Virus record (IMG/VR): IMGVR_UViG_3300022218_000003
Span: 1-44,852 of that record
Direction: 5' to 3' (one strand)
Length of the DNA: 44,852 nt
Source of the DNA: a virus
Lineage: Duplodnaviria > Caudoviricetes
In this document: piece after piece, positions 26,129 to 35,801 of the stretch
How the letters are laid out: each line of letters starts with the position of its first letter
Position numbering within the stretch: the stretch's first letter is position 1
The notes under the pieces: model-generated
The model's database searches: none
What the model was told of the DNA's origin: nothing
Seen by the model: the letters and a program-made list of their open reading frames with translations, nothing else
Translations under genes and position numbers: made by a program

Positions 26129-26734
26129 TTAAATCCTCGTCGGGTTACGATGACGGTGGAGTGCCACCGAGTACTTGTTGATGTTGTAGTTCTTCTGCCG
26201 CTTCTCTACCCGACGGAACGTGGCGTATGCCTCGGCCTCGTCGTCGCGAGTAAACTGGTGGAGAACTGCGCTCGCCATGATGCCCGACTGGAACTTGCGG
26301 GCTGCCTTCATAGCGACGTATTGCCGCGCGTGCTGCGGAATCTGCTCGAACTCATACGACCAGACGATGTTCACCTCGATGTTACGGTTGAAGGTGAACG
26401 ACTGCTCGTCGCGGTTGTAGAGGAACATGCCAGCAGGTGCGGTCGCGTCGTAACGCGGAGTGTAGTCTTCGCCATGCGAGGGGTCTACCTGCATCGCGGC
26501 GGCTGGTATGGCGATCCGATTGGTACCGTCGGGTACCAGCTCGTAATCGTAGTCGGTGTTGAAGCTCCAGCCTTGAGTCAGTACCTCCCGCAGCGCCGAG
26601 TCCAGCGCACGGACAGCCTTGTTCACGTCCACTGGCAGCGTGCCGGTCAGGGTATTGACAGGAGACTGACCGATGCTGGCAAGCATCAGGTTGACGGCAT
26701 CGAGCTTGAGCTGTGCCTGTGTTGGTGTAGTCAT
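26129..26734 (-). CDS. Tail tubular protein A / adaptor (gp11-like)
   Basis: LDAVNLMLASIGQSPVNTL, QGWSFN. Confidence 0.93.
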   Translation of the reverse strand: MTTPTQAQLKLDAVNLMLASIGQSPVNTLTGTLPVDVNKAVRALDSALREVLTQGWSFNTDYDYELVPDGTNRIAIPAAAMQVDPSHGEDYTPRYDATAPAGMFLYNRDEQSFTFNRNIEVNIVWSYEFEQIPQHARQYVAMKAARKFQSGIMASAVLHQFTRDDEAEAYATFRRVEKRQKNYNINKYSVALHRHRNPTRI

Positions 26735-26749
26735 CGTCAGTCCTTAATG

Positions 26750-26778
26750 AAAAAATGGAGCAGGATTTCGCCTGCTCC
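26750..26778 (-). terminator. Intrinsic terminator (T-phi-like)
   Basis: GGAGCAGG-CGAAAT-CCTGCTCC-ATTTTTT. Confidence 0.85.
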
Positions 26779-26805
26779 GGGGATAGTTTTAGTGGTGCGA
26801 GTGGG

Positions 26806-27018
26806 TTACTCAGCGCCGCCGAGCTTGTCAAGTGACCAGTCCCGCTTCAGACCCAGAGGGATCGTGTAGCCGGTGTTGGGCAGAGCCTCGATAAAGGCAA
26901 TGACGTTGCGCAGGTCGCGAACAGCCTCACGAGCACCCGGGACCGTCAGGTCTTCAGCCAGCGTGTTTTCAAGGTCTTGAATCGCCGCTTCGACTGTAGC
27001 TTCCAGTTCATAAGCCAT
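26806..27018 (-). CDS. Small protein co-transcribed with capsid gene, possible decoration protein
   Basis: GGAG RBS; between MCP and terminator. Confidence 0.7.
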   Translation of the reverse strand: MAYELEATVEAAIQDLENTLAEDLTVPGAREAVRDLRNVIAFIEALPNTGYTIPLGLKRDWSLDKLGGAE

Positions 27019-27043
27019 GATAATAGCTCCATGTAGGGTGAAT

Positions 27044-27066
27044 GAGGACCCCCGAAGGGGTCACTC
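27044..27066 (-). terminator. UUCG hairpin after capsid gene (leaky terminator or stability element)
   Basis: GAGTGACCCC-TTCG-GGGGTCCTC, no U tract. Confidence 0.5.
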
Positions 27067-27088
27067 AGGAGGGGTTATATCAAAATCC

Positions 27089-28036
27089 TTACGGAATCTT
27101 GATTTCGTACGCGCACTTGTTGATGAGCGGGCCGTGACCTACGGCGATCTTGCCGAGCATCAGGGTGCCCTGACGACGACCGTCGTAGATTTCTTCGGTA
27201 GCAAGACCGATGAGCTGAACCGTAGCGGCAGCGCGGCTCGTGAATACGAGTGCCTGCGTCTTGCTCAGGTCCAGACGGTACTCAGCCGGGATCGTGGTCG
27301 TGCCCGAGTCATTGATGAACGGCATGTTGTTGGAACGCGATACGTTCACACCGCCGATCATCGAGAACGAACCCTTCGAGTAGGAACCGTCACCGTCAAC
27401 GTCGCGGTTCATAACCAGCGTCGCGTCTTGTGCCAGCAGGTACCACTGAGCGGGCTTCATTACAGCCTGAACAGGAACCTGATCTACAGGTACGTCCTTT
27501 TCTTCCATAGCCTGCTTAGCGTCCCAGATAGCACCGGCCAGAACGGTCGCGGAGCTGTCAGCAGACGCAGTAGCTACGGAGCTACCGCCAGAATCAGCGG
27601 AGAACAGGGCCGAGCCACGTGCGGCGCGGGCGATATTACGAGCGACGTTCTTGTCGTAGACGTAAGCGAGGGCGAGGCCAAGCTCAGTCGAGTACGGCGA
27701 ACGTACGTCGTAGTGGTTCATTGCCTCGTCGATGTTCGCGATGAACACGTCAGAGATGAGCTGGTCGTCAACCGAGACAACAACTTCGTTGTGCTCGATG
27801 GTGCCGCCAGTGAGTTCCGAACCCGGAACGTGGTAGCCTGCACTTGCGCGGTAAATCGCAGGGAACGAAGCGGAACGACCAGAACTGATCGTCTTGTGCT
27901 CCGTGAGTGGCTTGAGGATCGTGCTCGTCTCGAAGGTCGTCAGGACTTCGCCTGCGAATACCTTCTCGAACAGGGCACGCGGATCGCCACTCGCATTGAC
28001 TTGACCAACGCGGTTAGGCGTAGCGGGAGATGCCAT
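27089..28036 (-). CDS. Major capsid protein (gp10-like)
   Basis: ALFEKVFAGEVLTTF, ISSGRSASFP, DEAMNHYDVRSPYSTELGLALA. Confidence 0.96.
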   Translation of the reverse strand: MASPATPNRVGQVNASGDPRALFEKVFAGEVLTTFETSTILKPLTEHKTISSGRSASFPAIYRASAGYHVPGSELTGGTIEHNEVVVSVDDQLISDVFIANIDEAMNHYDVRSPYSTELGLALAYVYDKNVARNIARAARGSALFSADSGGSSVATASADSSATVLAGAIWDAKQAMEEKDVPVDQVPVQAVMKPAQWYLLAQDATLVMNRDVDGDGSYSKGSFSMIGGVNVSRSNNMPFINDSGTTTIPAEYRLDLSKTQALVFTSRAAATVQLIGLATEEIYDGRRQGTLMLGKIAVGHGPLINKCAYEIKIP

Positions 28037-28099
28037 TGGTTAAATCCTTTGGAGTAAAGGTTAAGGGGAGGGTTGAGGTCGCCTTGCTTGCTACTCTGA

Positions 28100-28252
28100 T
28101 CGGATTGTCCAGCAGTACCGGAGTCGTCACTTTCGCTTGTAGGGCGGGAGGGGTATACCGCAAGTGTCCATACCTGCGGTATAAGAAATTAGTGCCTACC
28201 CCCACGTTGCGCAGGGGTAGGGCTTTATGTCTGTGGAGGAGAGGACACAGAC
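28100..28252 (-). promoter_or_regulatory. Structured leader upstream of major capsid gene
   Basis: Hairpins at 28229-28252, 28195-28221 and 28154-28183 in a 228-bp intergenic gap. Confidence 0.6.
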
Positions 28253-28264
28253 GGGAGGGACTGG

Positions 28265-29062
28265 TTACAGGTTAGAGCGCGACAGCTTCTCCATGACTTC
28301 CCTGCGGAAGGCAGCGTCGGTGCGGTAACGCGGACTATTCATGTCCTTCATCATTTCTGCTGAGGACTTGTAAGCTCCACCTGTGACAACATTGTTGTTG
28401 CCTCGTATTGCTTTTGGTTCGACATCGGCGTTCGCCTCATACGTGGCGAGTAGGGACTTTGCGCCCTCTGCTACGATGTCGGGGTTCGTGCTGGTAAGTT
28501 GTACGTCGAGCGCCCTGATCTCTGCTTCAGAGAGATTCTCAGCAGCCCAGTTCGCGGCGGCTTCGTAGCCTTCATTACCACCGAACGGACCATACGCGGC
28601 ACCTTGCAGGTTCGAGATGATTGCCTGCTGGCCTGCGATGTACGTCTCTACCATGTCACGCGACAGCCCCACCTTTTCGAGAGACGCGAACGTGTCGTCA
28701 GACAGCTCGCCCTTCTCGGCCCACTCAGCGGACGCTGCGTTCACGACGTTGGCCTGCTCTGGAGTCTCGGCCTCAGCCGGGGTCTCCTCAGACTCGTCGT
28801 TGTCCTTCTGTTGCGCCTGACGCAACGCGGCTTCAGCGTCTTGCTGTGCCTTCAGGAGTGCCTCCGTGTTCACGGCACCCTTCTCGGCATCCCAGAATTT
28901 CTCGGGGATGTTCTCAGGGCGCTCCGCTACTTGCGGTGCATCTGCTGGTGATTCGGGGGTGTCGCCCGTCGGTGCGTCTTTGATGCCGAGCATCTTCTCA
29001 ACGTGACCTTCAGGTGACCCGTCGTCAGGAACACCACCACCATTCGGAATGACTTCACTCAT
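28265..29062 (-). CDS. Capsid scaffolding protein (gp9-like)
   Basis: RPENIPEKF, WAAENLS, DMNSPRYRTDAAFRREVMEKLSRS. Confidence 0.92.
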   Translation of the reverse strand: MSEVIPNGGGVPDDGSPEGHVEKMLGIKDAPTGDTPESPADAPQVAERPENIPEKFWDAEKGAVNTEALLKAQQDAEAALRQAQQKDNDESEETPAEAETPEQANVVNAASAEWAEKGELSDDTFASLEKVGLSRDMVETYIAGQQAIISNLQGAAYGPFGGNEGYEAAANWAAENLSEAEIRALDVQLTSTNPDIVAEGAKSLLATYEANADVEPKAIRGNNNVVTGGAYKSSAEMMKDMNSPRYRTDAAFRREVMEKLSRSNL

Positions 29063-29065
29063 TGG

Positions 29066-29455
29066 TTAGTCCTCCTTCTTGGCGGTCTTCTTCAGCTTGG
29101 CAAGCGCCGCCTTGACAGCGGGGCTGTGCTCACGATCCGTCTGGTTCTTTGCGGTAGACTTCTCGGGCACGGCAACGCCTGTGCGCTTGTACTCAAGGTA
29201 CGCCGGGTGTTTGGCACCGATGCCACACACGTCGGTATCACCGTTGGTGTAGATGATCGTGCGAATGACAACCTGCACCTGATCGCCAGTGCGTGTGTTG
29301 ATAACTTCATCGGTCTCATCATAGACGATGTCCGCTATCTGTCGGCGCGCTGGTTCCGGCATGTTGGTGAGTACATAGTGCGGCTGGCTATCCAGCGTAG
29401 CTGCGGGCCGCGCCGAATCACTTGAGTCGATTCGGTATTCCTTCTTGACTGACAT
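29066..29455 (-). CDS. Hypothetical protein between portal and scaffold
   Basis: GAGGAG RBS; fills the gap exactly. Confidence 0.75.
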   Translation of the reverse strand: MSVKKEYRIDSSDSARPAATLDSQPHYVLTNMPEPARRQIADIVYDETDEVINTRTGDQVQVVIRTIIYTNGDTDVCGIGAKHPAYLEYKRTGVAVPEKSTAKNQTDREHSPAVKAALAKLKKTAKKED

Positions 29456-29469
29456 GGTTTCTCCTCATG

Positions 29470-30993
29470 TTACTGCTGTTGATTCACAGATTCGGCTACG
29501 CCTCCGGCGACGGCACCAGCGACGGGTCCTGCGACCTTGTCCATCATGTTCGCTTGTGCCTGCGCTTCAGCTTCAGCCTGCTTCTGCTCAGGGGTCTTGC
29601 GCATACCCTCAACATTGACGTTGTGGTGCATGGCAAGGGTCGATGCGACTGCGCCAGCGTCGAACTCACCCATGAACTCAGGTCCATACAGGGCGACTCC
29701 ATCACTGAAGTAGGCGCGAAGTTTGTTCAGCTCGTGTCCACGACCGAGAGCCTCGAAGCCCGTCACGATGACAGGCTGGAGCGTGCCGGAAGGCAGGGTC
29801 GGGAACCGTCCCTTTGACTTCAGGCGCTCTATTAGACGGCGCACTACCTTATGTTGTAGCTCAGCCGCGAGGACGGTGTAGACACCCCCAAGTACATCTT
29901 CGAGTTCCTGAGCCTGCATACGGATTTCTTCTGCCGTCACGCGCTCAGCGTTTCGGACAGTACCAGTTGTCAGCAGAAATGCGTGCGACAACCGCAGACT
30001 CAGATCGTCGATCTGTGATTTGGTTACTTGGAAGTCGTGGTACTTGTTGAGCTGGAGCACACCGATGTCTTCGATGTTGCCCTCGACGAACTCTCCGCTC
30101 TGTGCCTCCTGTAGAGCCTCAAGGTCCGTCGTGCTGTTGGGTCGGTCAAGGAAGATGACCTTAGCTGCTGCCGCCGAGAACGCAACCACGTCCTTCGAGA
30201 GGTCTTCGAGCGACCGAAGGTCACCCAGATATTCCTCGCAATGGCCGCGACCGTAGTTCTCATTCTCCAGCGCGCTCCAGCGCAGCGGGATGTACGGGCA
30301 GTTGTCGTAGTCAGACCGTCCGTCGGTGCCGGGGATCGTCTTGTCGTCGATCTCCTGATACCAGACGGCCTTGTCGTCCTCCTTGCGGACGTGTGTGTAG
30401 ATGGTGATGTCCTCGTCGCCCGCCTTCTTGGGGTCTACGAGTCCACGTGCAGCTTCGGGTAGCGTCTGGGCAGACACCACCTCCTGAGCCACGATCTCGA
30501 ACCAGTTACCACTGGCGTCGCGGACGACGACGTAGTTCTGGAGTCGGAAGATGCGGCTGTTGTCGTCCTTCGGCATGTGCAGTAGCACGTTACCGACGAC
30601 GATGAGCTGCTTCAGCGCAGCGTGCAGGATAACTGCGTCGCTGGACTGTTCGAGTTCTTTGAGTGCCTCGTTCTCAAGCGTCTGCATCGACGCCTCGATA
30701 GCCTGCGCTACCCGTGCGTCCTGCTGCGCGATCTCATCCAGTGTGTCGGGGTCGATCTGGAAGCGGAAGAACGGCTGGCCCGGTGGGAACAGGCTGAGCC
30801 TCAGCTTGGAGGTCAGGTTGTTCACGCCACGTGAGCCGAGTGACTGGTACGGCGTCGAGAGGTTGGTGTTCTCGTCGCTGCCCTGCGGTGGCATCAGTGC
30901 CGGGATGGTAATGTCGGCGCAATCACGCCCCCGCTGGAGCACTTGCTCGCGCTTACCGTCGAGTGTCTCGAAGCGTTCCTTTGCGGTTGCCAT
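29470..30993 (-). CDS. Portal / head-tail connector (gp8-like)
   Basis: TPYQSLGSRGVNNL, ENYGRG, RNAERVTAEEIR, TGFEALGRG. Confidence 0.97.
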   Translation of the reverse strand: MATAKERFETLDGKREQVLQRGRDCADITIPALMPPQGSDENTNLSTPYQSLGSRGVNNLTSKLRLSLFPPGQPFFRFQIDPDTLDEIAQQDARVAQAIEASMQTLENEALKELEQSSDAVILHAALKQLIVVGNVLLHMPKDDNSRIFRLQNYVVVRDASGNWFEIVAQEVVSAQTLPEAARGLVDPKKAGDEDITIYTHVRKEDDKAVWYQEIDDKTIPGTDGRSDYDNCPYIPLRWSALENENYGRGHCEEYLGDLRSLEDLSKDVVAFSAAAAKVIFLDRPNSTTDLEALQEAQSGEFVEGNIEDIGVLQLNKYHDFQVTKSQIDDLSLRLSHAFLLTTGTVRNAERVTAEEIRMQAQELEDVLGGVYTVLAAELQHKVVRRLIERLKSKGRFPTLPSGTLQPVIVTGFEALGRGHELNKLRAYFSDGVALYGPEFMGEFDAGAVASTLAMHHNVNVEGMRKTPEQKQAEAEAQAQANMMDKVAGPVAGAVAGGVAESVNQQQ

Positions 30994-31002
30994 GAGTGCT
31001 CC

Positions 31003-31311
31003 TTATCTGCGGTTACGACGGGCTTCGAGCGTGTTGCCCGGTACGCCCTGTCGGAATCCGGGGAGTGCCCCGTTAGATGGGCCACTACGTCCGGTCGTTG
31101 GTTGTCCTGTCGGGGTGCGAACGAGGCTGTCGCCTACGGCACGCCCGCCGACGGCGAGTGCGCTACCCATGTCGATCCTCAGCGAGGACCGGCCAGTGCG
31201 CAGGGAGTTGACTGCTTGTGCCTCACCGACGAACTCGTCGAGGTACCTGTTGCGGAGGAACATGGGTTTCTTGGGTTCCTTCTGCTTCGGTGGCTTCGGC
31301 GCTTTGCACAT
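31003..31311 (-). CDS. Small virion protein (gp6.7/7.3-like)
   Basis: MCKAPKPPK start, GRSSLRID motif, directly before portal. Confidence 0.7.
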   Translation of the reverse strand: MCKAPKPPKQKEPKKPMFLRNRYLDEFVGEAQAVNSLRTGRSSLRIDMGSALAVGGRAVGDSLVRTPTGQPTTGRSGPSNGALPGFRQGVPGNTLEARRNRR

Positions 31312-31320
31312 GGCCCGCTC

Positions 31321-31500
31321 CTATTTGTAGGTGGTGAGGGGCTTCCGCTCGAATCTGGCCCGAAGCTCCTCTATGAGGTCTACCTTGCCAGCGTAGCGCT
31401 CGTGATCCAGCTCCGACTCGTTGGGTTTACGGCAACGGGTGGGGTATTGGGCCTCAAGCTCAGTGAGCAGGGTATAAGTGTCTGTTGGTAATGAGCGCAT
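31321..31500 (-). CDS. Small first late protein (59 aa)
   Basis: Read by eye: GGAGAG RBS, MRSLPTDTYTLLTELEAQYP...YAGKVDLIEEL. Confidence 0.7.
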   Translation of the reverse strand: MRSLPTDTYTLLTELEAQYPTRCRKPNESELDHERYAGKVDLIEELRARFERKPLTTYK

Positions 31501-31530
31501 GGTGTCTCTCCGTATAGGGTCGCGCTATCT

Positions 31531-31548
31531 TCTCTGCTGCAACACCCT
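31531..31548 (-). promoter_or_regulatory. Candidate phage RNAP late promoter
   Basis: Exact 18-bp motif between class II terminator and first structural gene. Confidence 0.8.
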
Positions 31549-31567
31549 ATGTAAGTCATTGATAGTG

Positions 31568-31593
31568 AAAAAAAGGGCACCCGAAGGTGCCCT
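31568..31593 (-). terminator. Intrinsic terminator closing the replication module
   Basis: AGGGCACC-TTCG-GGTGCCCT-TTTTTT. Confidence 0.9.
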
Positions 31594-31599
31594 CAGAGA

Positions 31600-32427
31600 T
31601 TACGCCAGAATGAGATTCTCTGGCGTCCACAGGATCGGTTGTTTGCGCTCGAAATCGTACGTCTCGAAGCGCAGGATGTGAGCGCATCTGGCCTGCACCA
31701 GTGCGTCCTCCTCAGTCAGGCCAGCTCGACAGTAGACCCAGACCACGTAGTCCCACAGGTCCTCGTAGTCACACTCGAACACCTCATGGGCGATGCCGAA
31801 GCTGCGTGCTCCCTCCTCGAAGCCAGTGGCGGTGTACTTGCCGCCCTCAGCCACACCCGGGCACCCCGGGTATCCGTCAACCCGATCACCCACGATGGTC
31901 TGCCACATGAGGAACCTGTTGGCGTCCTCCTCGTTGATGTCGAGGATGCCCCGGTCAGGGTGATCCGGGTTGTAGAACTTGCCCGGGATCGTCCGCATGT
32001 CCTTGTCGATGGACACCATGATAGCCTCGTCCACCTTGCCGAGCTGCTTGTGGAGCAACGAGGGTCGGGTAGCGAGGATGCCCATGATGTCGTCAGCCTC
32101 CAGCGTGGGCCGGATGAACGACTGGTACTCATGGGCGAGGTGCGCCTTGACAGCGCCGAGCAGCCGGGGCCGCTCCAAGTTCTTGCGGTTGGTCTTGTAC
32201 GGTGGGTATACCAGATTCCTGAAATTAGAATCCGGGTCGGTCAGGCAGATCATCGCTTTGTCCGCATCGAGGTCGATCATGGTGTCGGTGATTAGCCGGT
32301 CGCACTCAGCGAGCGCCTTGTCCATGTCCTCATCATGCGTCTCGACGCCGCCCCAGTCGATGTCCGTTTGGGACACCGACGAGGCAACGTAAGCAATGAT
32401 GTCTGCGTCAAGTAGCAGAACTCTCAC
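31600..32427 (-). CDS. 5'-3' exonuclease (gp6-like)
   Basis: LLLDADIIAY, YKTNR, LEADDIMGILAT, SIDKDMRTIPG, GDRVDGYPGCPG. Confidence 0.95.
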   Translation of the reverse strand: MRVLLLDADIIAYVASSVSQTDIDWGGVETHDEDMDKALAECDRLITDTMIDLDADKAMICLTDPDSNFRNLVYPPYKTNRKNLERPRLLGAVKAHLAHEYQSFIRPTLEADDIMGILATRPSLLHKQLGKVDEAIMVSIDKDMRTIPGKFYNPDHPDRGILDINEEDANRFLMWQTIVGDRVDGYPGCPGVAEGGKYTATGFEEGARSFGIAHEVFECDYEDLWDYVVWVYCRAGLTEEDALVQARCAHILRFETYDFERKQPILWTPENLILA

Positions 32428-32852
32428 TGTCGCATCTCCTTCACGAGGTCTATCCCCGTGTTCATATCACGCCTCCACATGCGGAGACCAAACGTGGCGA
32501 GGTAGATCGAGCCTACCGTCACCCTGTACCAGAGCGGCGTGCTCTCCAGAGCTACGAAGCCCTGCTGCACGATGCTCTGTGTCCACGGCAGGAACACACC
32601 GATCATCGGGATGGACAGGACGATGAGTACCCACTCATCCTTCCAGCCTGAGTTGCGGATCGACTCCAGCTCCCACTCGTGGTCGCGCCCTTCGCTCTCG
32701 CTGGCACGTTGGGACTTCGCCCGCTCGTACTCAGCCTTCCCTCGCAGCTTCTCAAGTTCGATCTCACCCTTGAGTCGCGCCTTCTCCTGCTTGTAGTTCA
32801 GCACGGCCTCGACCGTCTGACCTGTCAGTGTTGCAATGATCTTGGCCCACAT
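32424..32852 (-). CDS. Membrane protein, holin-like (GTA '3TM holin'-type)
   Basis: SGWKDEW followed by two hydrophobic helices and FGLR. Confidence 0.6.
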   Translation of the reverse strand: MWAKIIATLTGQTVEAVLNYKQEKARLKGEIELEKLRGKAEYERAKSQRASESEGRDHEWELESIRNSGWKDEWVLIVLSIPMIGVFLPWTQSIVQQGFVALESTPLWYRVTVGSIYLATFGLRMWRRDMNTGIDLVKEMRQ

Positions 32853-33442
32853 CAGATGTAGCCTCCTATCTCATCAAGTACATGTTCTGCCACTGTCGGC
32901 AGCATCCTGAACCACTCACCTTCGGCCCTGTAGTCGGCCAGTGTGTCGTGGATCAGGCGCTCTGCCGTATGGCAGTCCTCGAAGTACACGGCATACTTCA
33001 GTTCATACGCCCGTCGTGGGCATCCCGTCTGGTACCCGGAGAGCCGTGACTCCGGGTCGAACGCACGTCCGATCTTCACATACTCAGGGAACGCCGGGTG
33101 CGCTATGACGTACACGAAGCCGCGCTTGTCGGTAGCTTCTCGCGCCTGTGCCGTCGCGAAGTCCTGCCCGTTGTCGTACATCTGGGCAGCGACCGAGCGC
33201 ACCTTCATGCGCTCAGCCTTGTCCATCGAGAACAGGGCACGACTGCCGCCCACGATCTGAGCGGCGAGCCGAGTGATCCCGTTGGTGCGGTCGTTCGTCT
33301 GCTTGTGCAGTTCCCGGTCGCACGCTCGACAGCGATGGAAGTGACCGTCGTCCGACTGAGCGTAGCTCACGTACTCGTCGAGCGAGAGGTCACGCTTGCA
33401 CCGTGAGCAAGCCTTAGTGCGTTTCGGCCCAGTTGACTCCAA
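32852..33442 (-). CDS. GIY-YIG-like (T5orf172/MUG113-type) protein with N-terminal zinc finger
   Basis: CSRC...CRAC; GFVYVI...VKIG...RLSGYQTG...GEWF; probable TTG start inside the polymerase 3' end with AGGTGA RBS. Confidence 0.75.
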   Translation of the reverse strand: MESTGPKRTKACSRCKRDLSLDEYVSYAQSDDGHFHRCRACDRELHKQTNDRTNGITRLAAQIVGGSRALFSMDKAERMKVRSVAAQMYDNGQDFATAQAREATDKRGFVYVIAHPAFPEYVKIGRAFDPESRLSGYQTGCPRRAYELKYAVYFEDCHTAERLIHDTLADYRAEGEWFRMLPTVAEHVLDEIGGYI

Positions 33443-35405
33443 CGTCGTAGTCACCTGCGAGTGGGCAGCGCAGACTGTAGTACTCGCCTGCTCTGCAAAT
33501 AGATTGTGCTGCAATCCGTCCAACATGTTCAGCCTCCTGTGGCTTAACTGATAACTGCACCTCGTCGTGCACGTTGAGCAAGGGCAGGACATCGAGTCCC
33601 TGCTTCTTGAACTCCTCGAACATGATGACGAGGGCCTTCTTCATTACGATAGCGCCTGCTCCCTGACACAGGAAGTTGAGCGCCGAGTGTAGCGCCCGGA
33701 TAGGCACCTTGCGTCCGTCTAATCCCTTGATCCATCCTCGCTTCGCTGCCTTGCGGACAGCCGCGACCAGTTTACCGAACGCCGGGATGCTTGACTCCAG
33801 CCGATCACGCGACCGTTTTCCGAGTCGAGCAATAGCCGCCTTCCGTCTGCGTCCGGGTGGGAACTTGTCATAGAAGTTCGTGAGCTTCTCGACATCCCAC
33901 TCTGAGATGACGATTGTCCCGAGCTTGAAGTCGCCCGCCCCGTAGATGAAGGCGTAGAACCACGTCTTCGCAGTCTCCCGTAGGTGCAGGCCAACAGCGT
34001 CGCGATTCCTTGAGTGCATGTCCGTGCCGTCAGCCTTGCTGCCATTGAGGACCGTGTCCACATAGGCACCGCCGTCGAATCTGGCAAGGAAGTGAGCGAG
34101 GATACGAAGTTCGAGAGCATCCGCGTCACAACCAACAAGACTACGGTCGGTATCAGCAAGGAACAGAGCGCGACACTCAGCACCATAAGGCTTGCCACAC
34201 TTAGGAACTTGAGCAAGATTCGGGCCGAAGTGCGACATGCGCCCGGTCCCTGTACCCAGTTGGTCAACCCTTCCATATATCCTCCCGTCTTCCTTGACCG
34301 CCTTGATCCACGCCTGCTTGCCCTCAGCGAGCTGCGACAGGCGCTTCTGCACGGTCATGTATTCCGCGAACACCTTCGCTTCAGGGAACGGCAGAGACCC
34401 GAGCACGTCCTCGTCAATCTTGGCGAGGCCACTGTCGGTGAACTCCGTGGGTTCCCAGTTGTACTTCCACCGCAGCCTGTTCTCGATGTGTCTGCGAGAG
34501 CCGGGGTTGAAGTCTTCCAGCTTGACGGGCTGATGTGCACCGCCAGCGCTGAGCCATTCCTTGTACTGCTGACCAGCTACCTTGCGCACCTGATCCCGCT
34601 TGTACGTCTTGATCGTGCCCTTCGGCAGGTAGAACGCAGCGAACTGTACGCGCGCCTCGTTCTCCAGCTCGTGCAGCCTACCGTACAGCTCAGCGGCCAG
34701 CCTGTCGCTCGCCTCCTCGTCGTACCGTATGCCCACTCGTTCCTGTAGCTTGATGATCTTGGCGACGGCGTGCTCCAGCTCGACAGCTTCGGGCTGATCG
34801 GCCAGCCGTTGCTCCTGCCAGTAGATCACGTCCACGTTGGCGAGCACGTCATCCATGCAGTAGTCGTCGAACGCCTGCGTGAACGGCATGGTCTTCCACG
34901 TGTGCCCGAAATCCTCCGGGTTGAACTCCGTCTTCAGATGCTTGCCCACGCGCAGCGCCCAATGCTTGAGCTTCTGCGAGCCAGCCTTGAAGTCATCGAC
35001 TTCTTGGAACTTGCCCTTGCGTAGGGCGGCATGATCCTGTCCCTTCAGGTCAGGCACCGCCAGCTTGCCCATGATCTGCGAGTCGAACACCTTCTTCGGC
35101 AGTCGCAGGCCGGGGAACAAGAACTCAAGCGCCGGGTTGTCGTACCCGATGATGTTGTGACCGCCGATGCAGTCCGCTTCTTCGAGCCAGTACAGCCCGT
35201 CCCTTATGCTGCCGTCTCGTGGGCAGCGCACGTCCGTCACATTCCCGTCGAGGTCTTGGTAGAACTCGTGGTCGGTGAACCTGTACGCACGACCTTCGCG
35301 GCGGTCGTAGCCGTTTATGCAATGCACCTTACTGATGACCGAGTCAGCATCCGCTTGTCCCGGCAGTAGTCCATCTGATTCGATGTCATACACTCTCATC
35401 TGCAA
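33414..35405 (-). CDS. Family A DNA polymerase (gp5-like), Tyr at the 762-equivalent position
   Basis: YDIESDG exo I, DADALELR motif A, RETAKTWFYAFIYGAG motif B, NVHDEVQ motif C. Confidence 0.98.
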   Translation of the reverse strand: MQMRVYDIESDGLLPGQADADSVISKVHCINGYDRREGRAYRFTDHEFYQDLDGNVTDVRCPRDGSIRDGLYWLEEADCIGGHNIIGYDNPALEFLFPGLRLPKKVFDSQIMGKLAVPDLKGQDHAALRKGKFQEVDDFKAGSQKLKHWALRVGKHLKTEFNPEDFGHTWKTMPFTQAFDDYCMDDVLANVDVIYWQEQRLADQPEAVELEHAVAKIIKLQERVGIRYDEEASDRLAAELYGRLHELENEARVQFAAFYLPKGTIKTYKRDQVRKVAGQQYKEWLSAGGAHQPVKLEDFNPGSRRHIENRLRWKYNWEPTEFTDSGLAKIDEDVLGSLPFPEAKVFAEYMTVQKRLSQLAEGKQAWIKAVKEDGRIYGRVDQLGTGTGRMSHFGPNLAQVPKCGKPYGAECRALFLADTDRSLVGCDADALELRILAHFLARFDGGAYVDTVLNGSKADGTDMHSRNRDAVGLHLRETAKTWFYAFIYGAGDFKLGTIVISEWDVEKLTNFYDKFPPGRRRKAAIARLGKRSRDRLESSIPAFGKLVAAVRKAAKRGWIKGLDGRKVPIRALHSALNFLCQGAGAIVMKKALVIMFEEFKKQGLDVLPLLNVHDEVQLSVKPQEAEHVGRIAAQSICRAGEYYSLRCPLAGDYDVGVNWAETH

Positions 35406-35787
35406 TCCTCCTCAAGTCAGCGAGCACAAGCTCAAGCTCCCTCACGGTAGCGTTGCTCTTGAGCAGGTTGGCACGAGCAGATATGATCCGCACGTTGCCC
35501 TTCATGTACCCACCGTCGGGATCAATCCGATCACAGGATGGTGAGTTGTTATGGAACCCCTTGCCCTTCCCGGTCTGCGGCTCGATCTTAATTCCGAGCA
35601 CAGGACACACGTCAGGGATGACGTAGTCCGACGGGTCGAGGTTATACGGGATGCCTTGACGCTTGGCCCTGCTCTTGATGCGGTAGTGCATCCGCTTGGG
35701 CACGTCCTCGTTGTACTGCTGTTGCTTCCCGCGAAGCATGGCTCGATTCTTTCGCCTGTATCGAGCAGCAGGTGTGTCATTATCCAT
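35386..35787 (-). CDS. HNH/His-Me finger endonuclease-like protein
   Basis: CPVLG...SPSCDRIDPDGGYMKGNVRIISARANLLK. Confidence 0.8.
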   Translation of the reverse strand: MDNDTPAARYRRKNRAMLRGKQQQYNEDVPKRMHYRIKSRAKRQGIPYNLDPSDYVIPDVCPVLGIKIEPQTGKGKGFHNNSPSCDRIDPDGGYMKGNVRIISARANLLKSNATVRELELVLADLRRIADESV

Positions 35788-35801
35788 ACGATACGACTCC
35801 T

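Noticed and set aside
27060-27120. T7 gp10A/10B-type frameshift extension of the capsid protein
   Set aside because: No evident slippery site or long alternative-frame extension after the capsid C-terminus.
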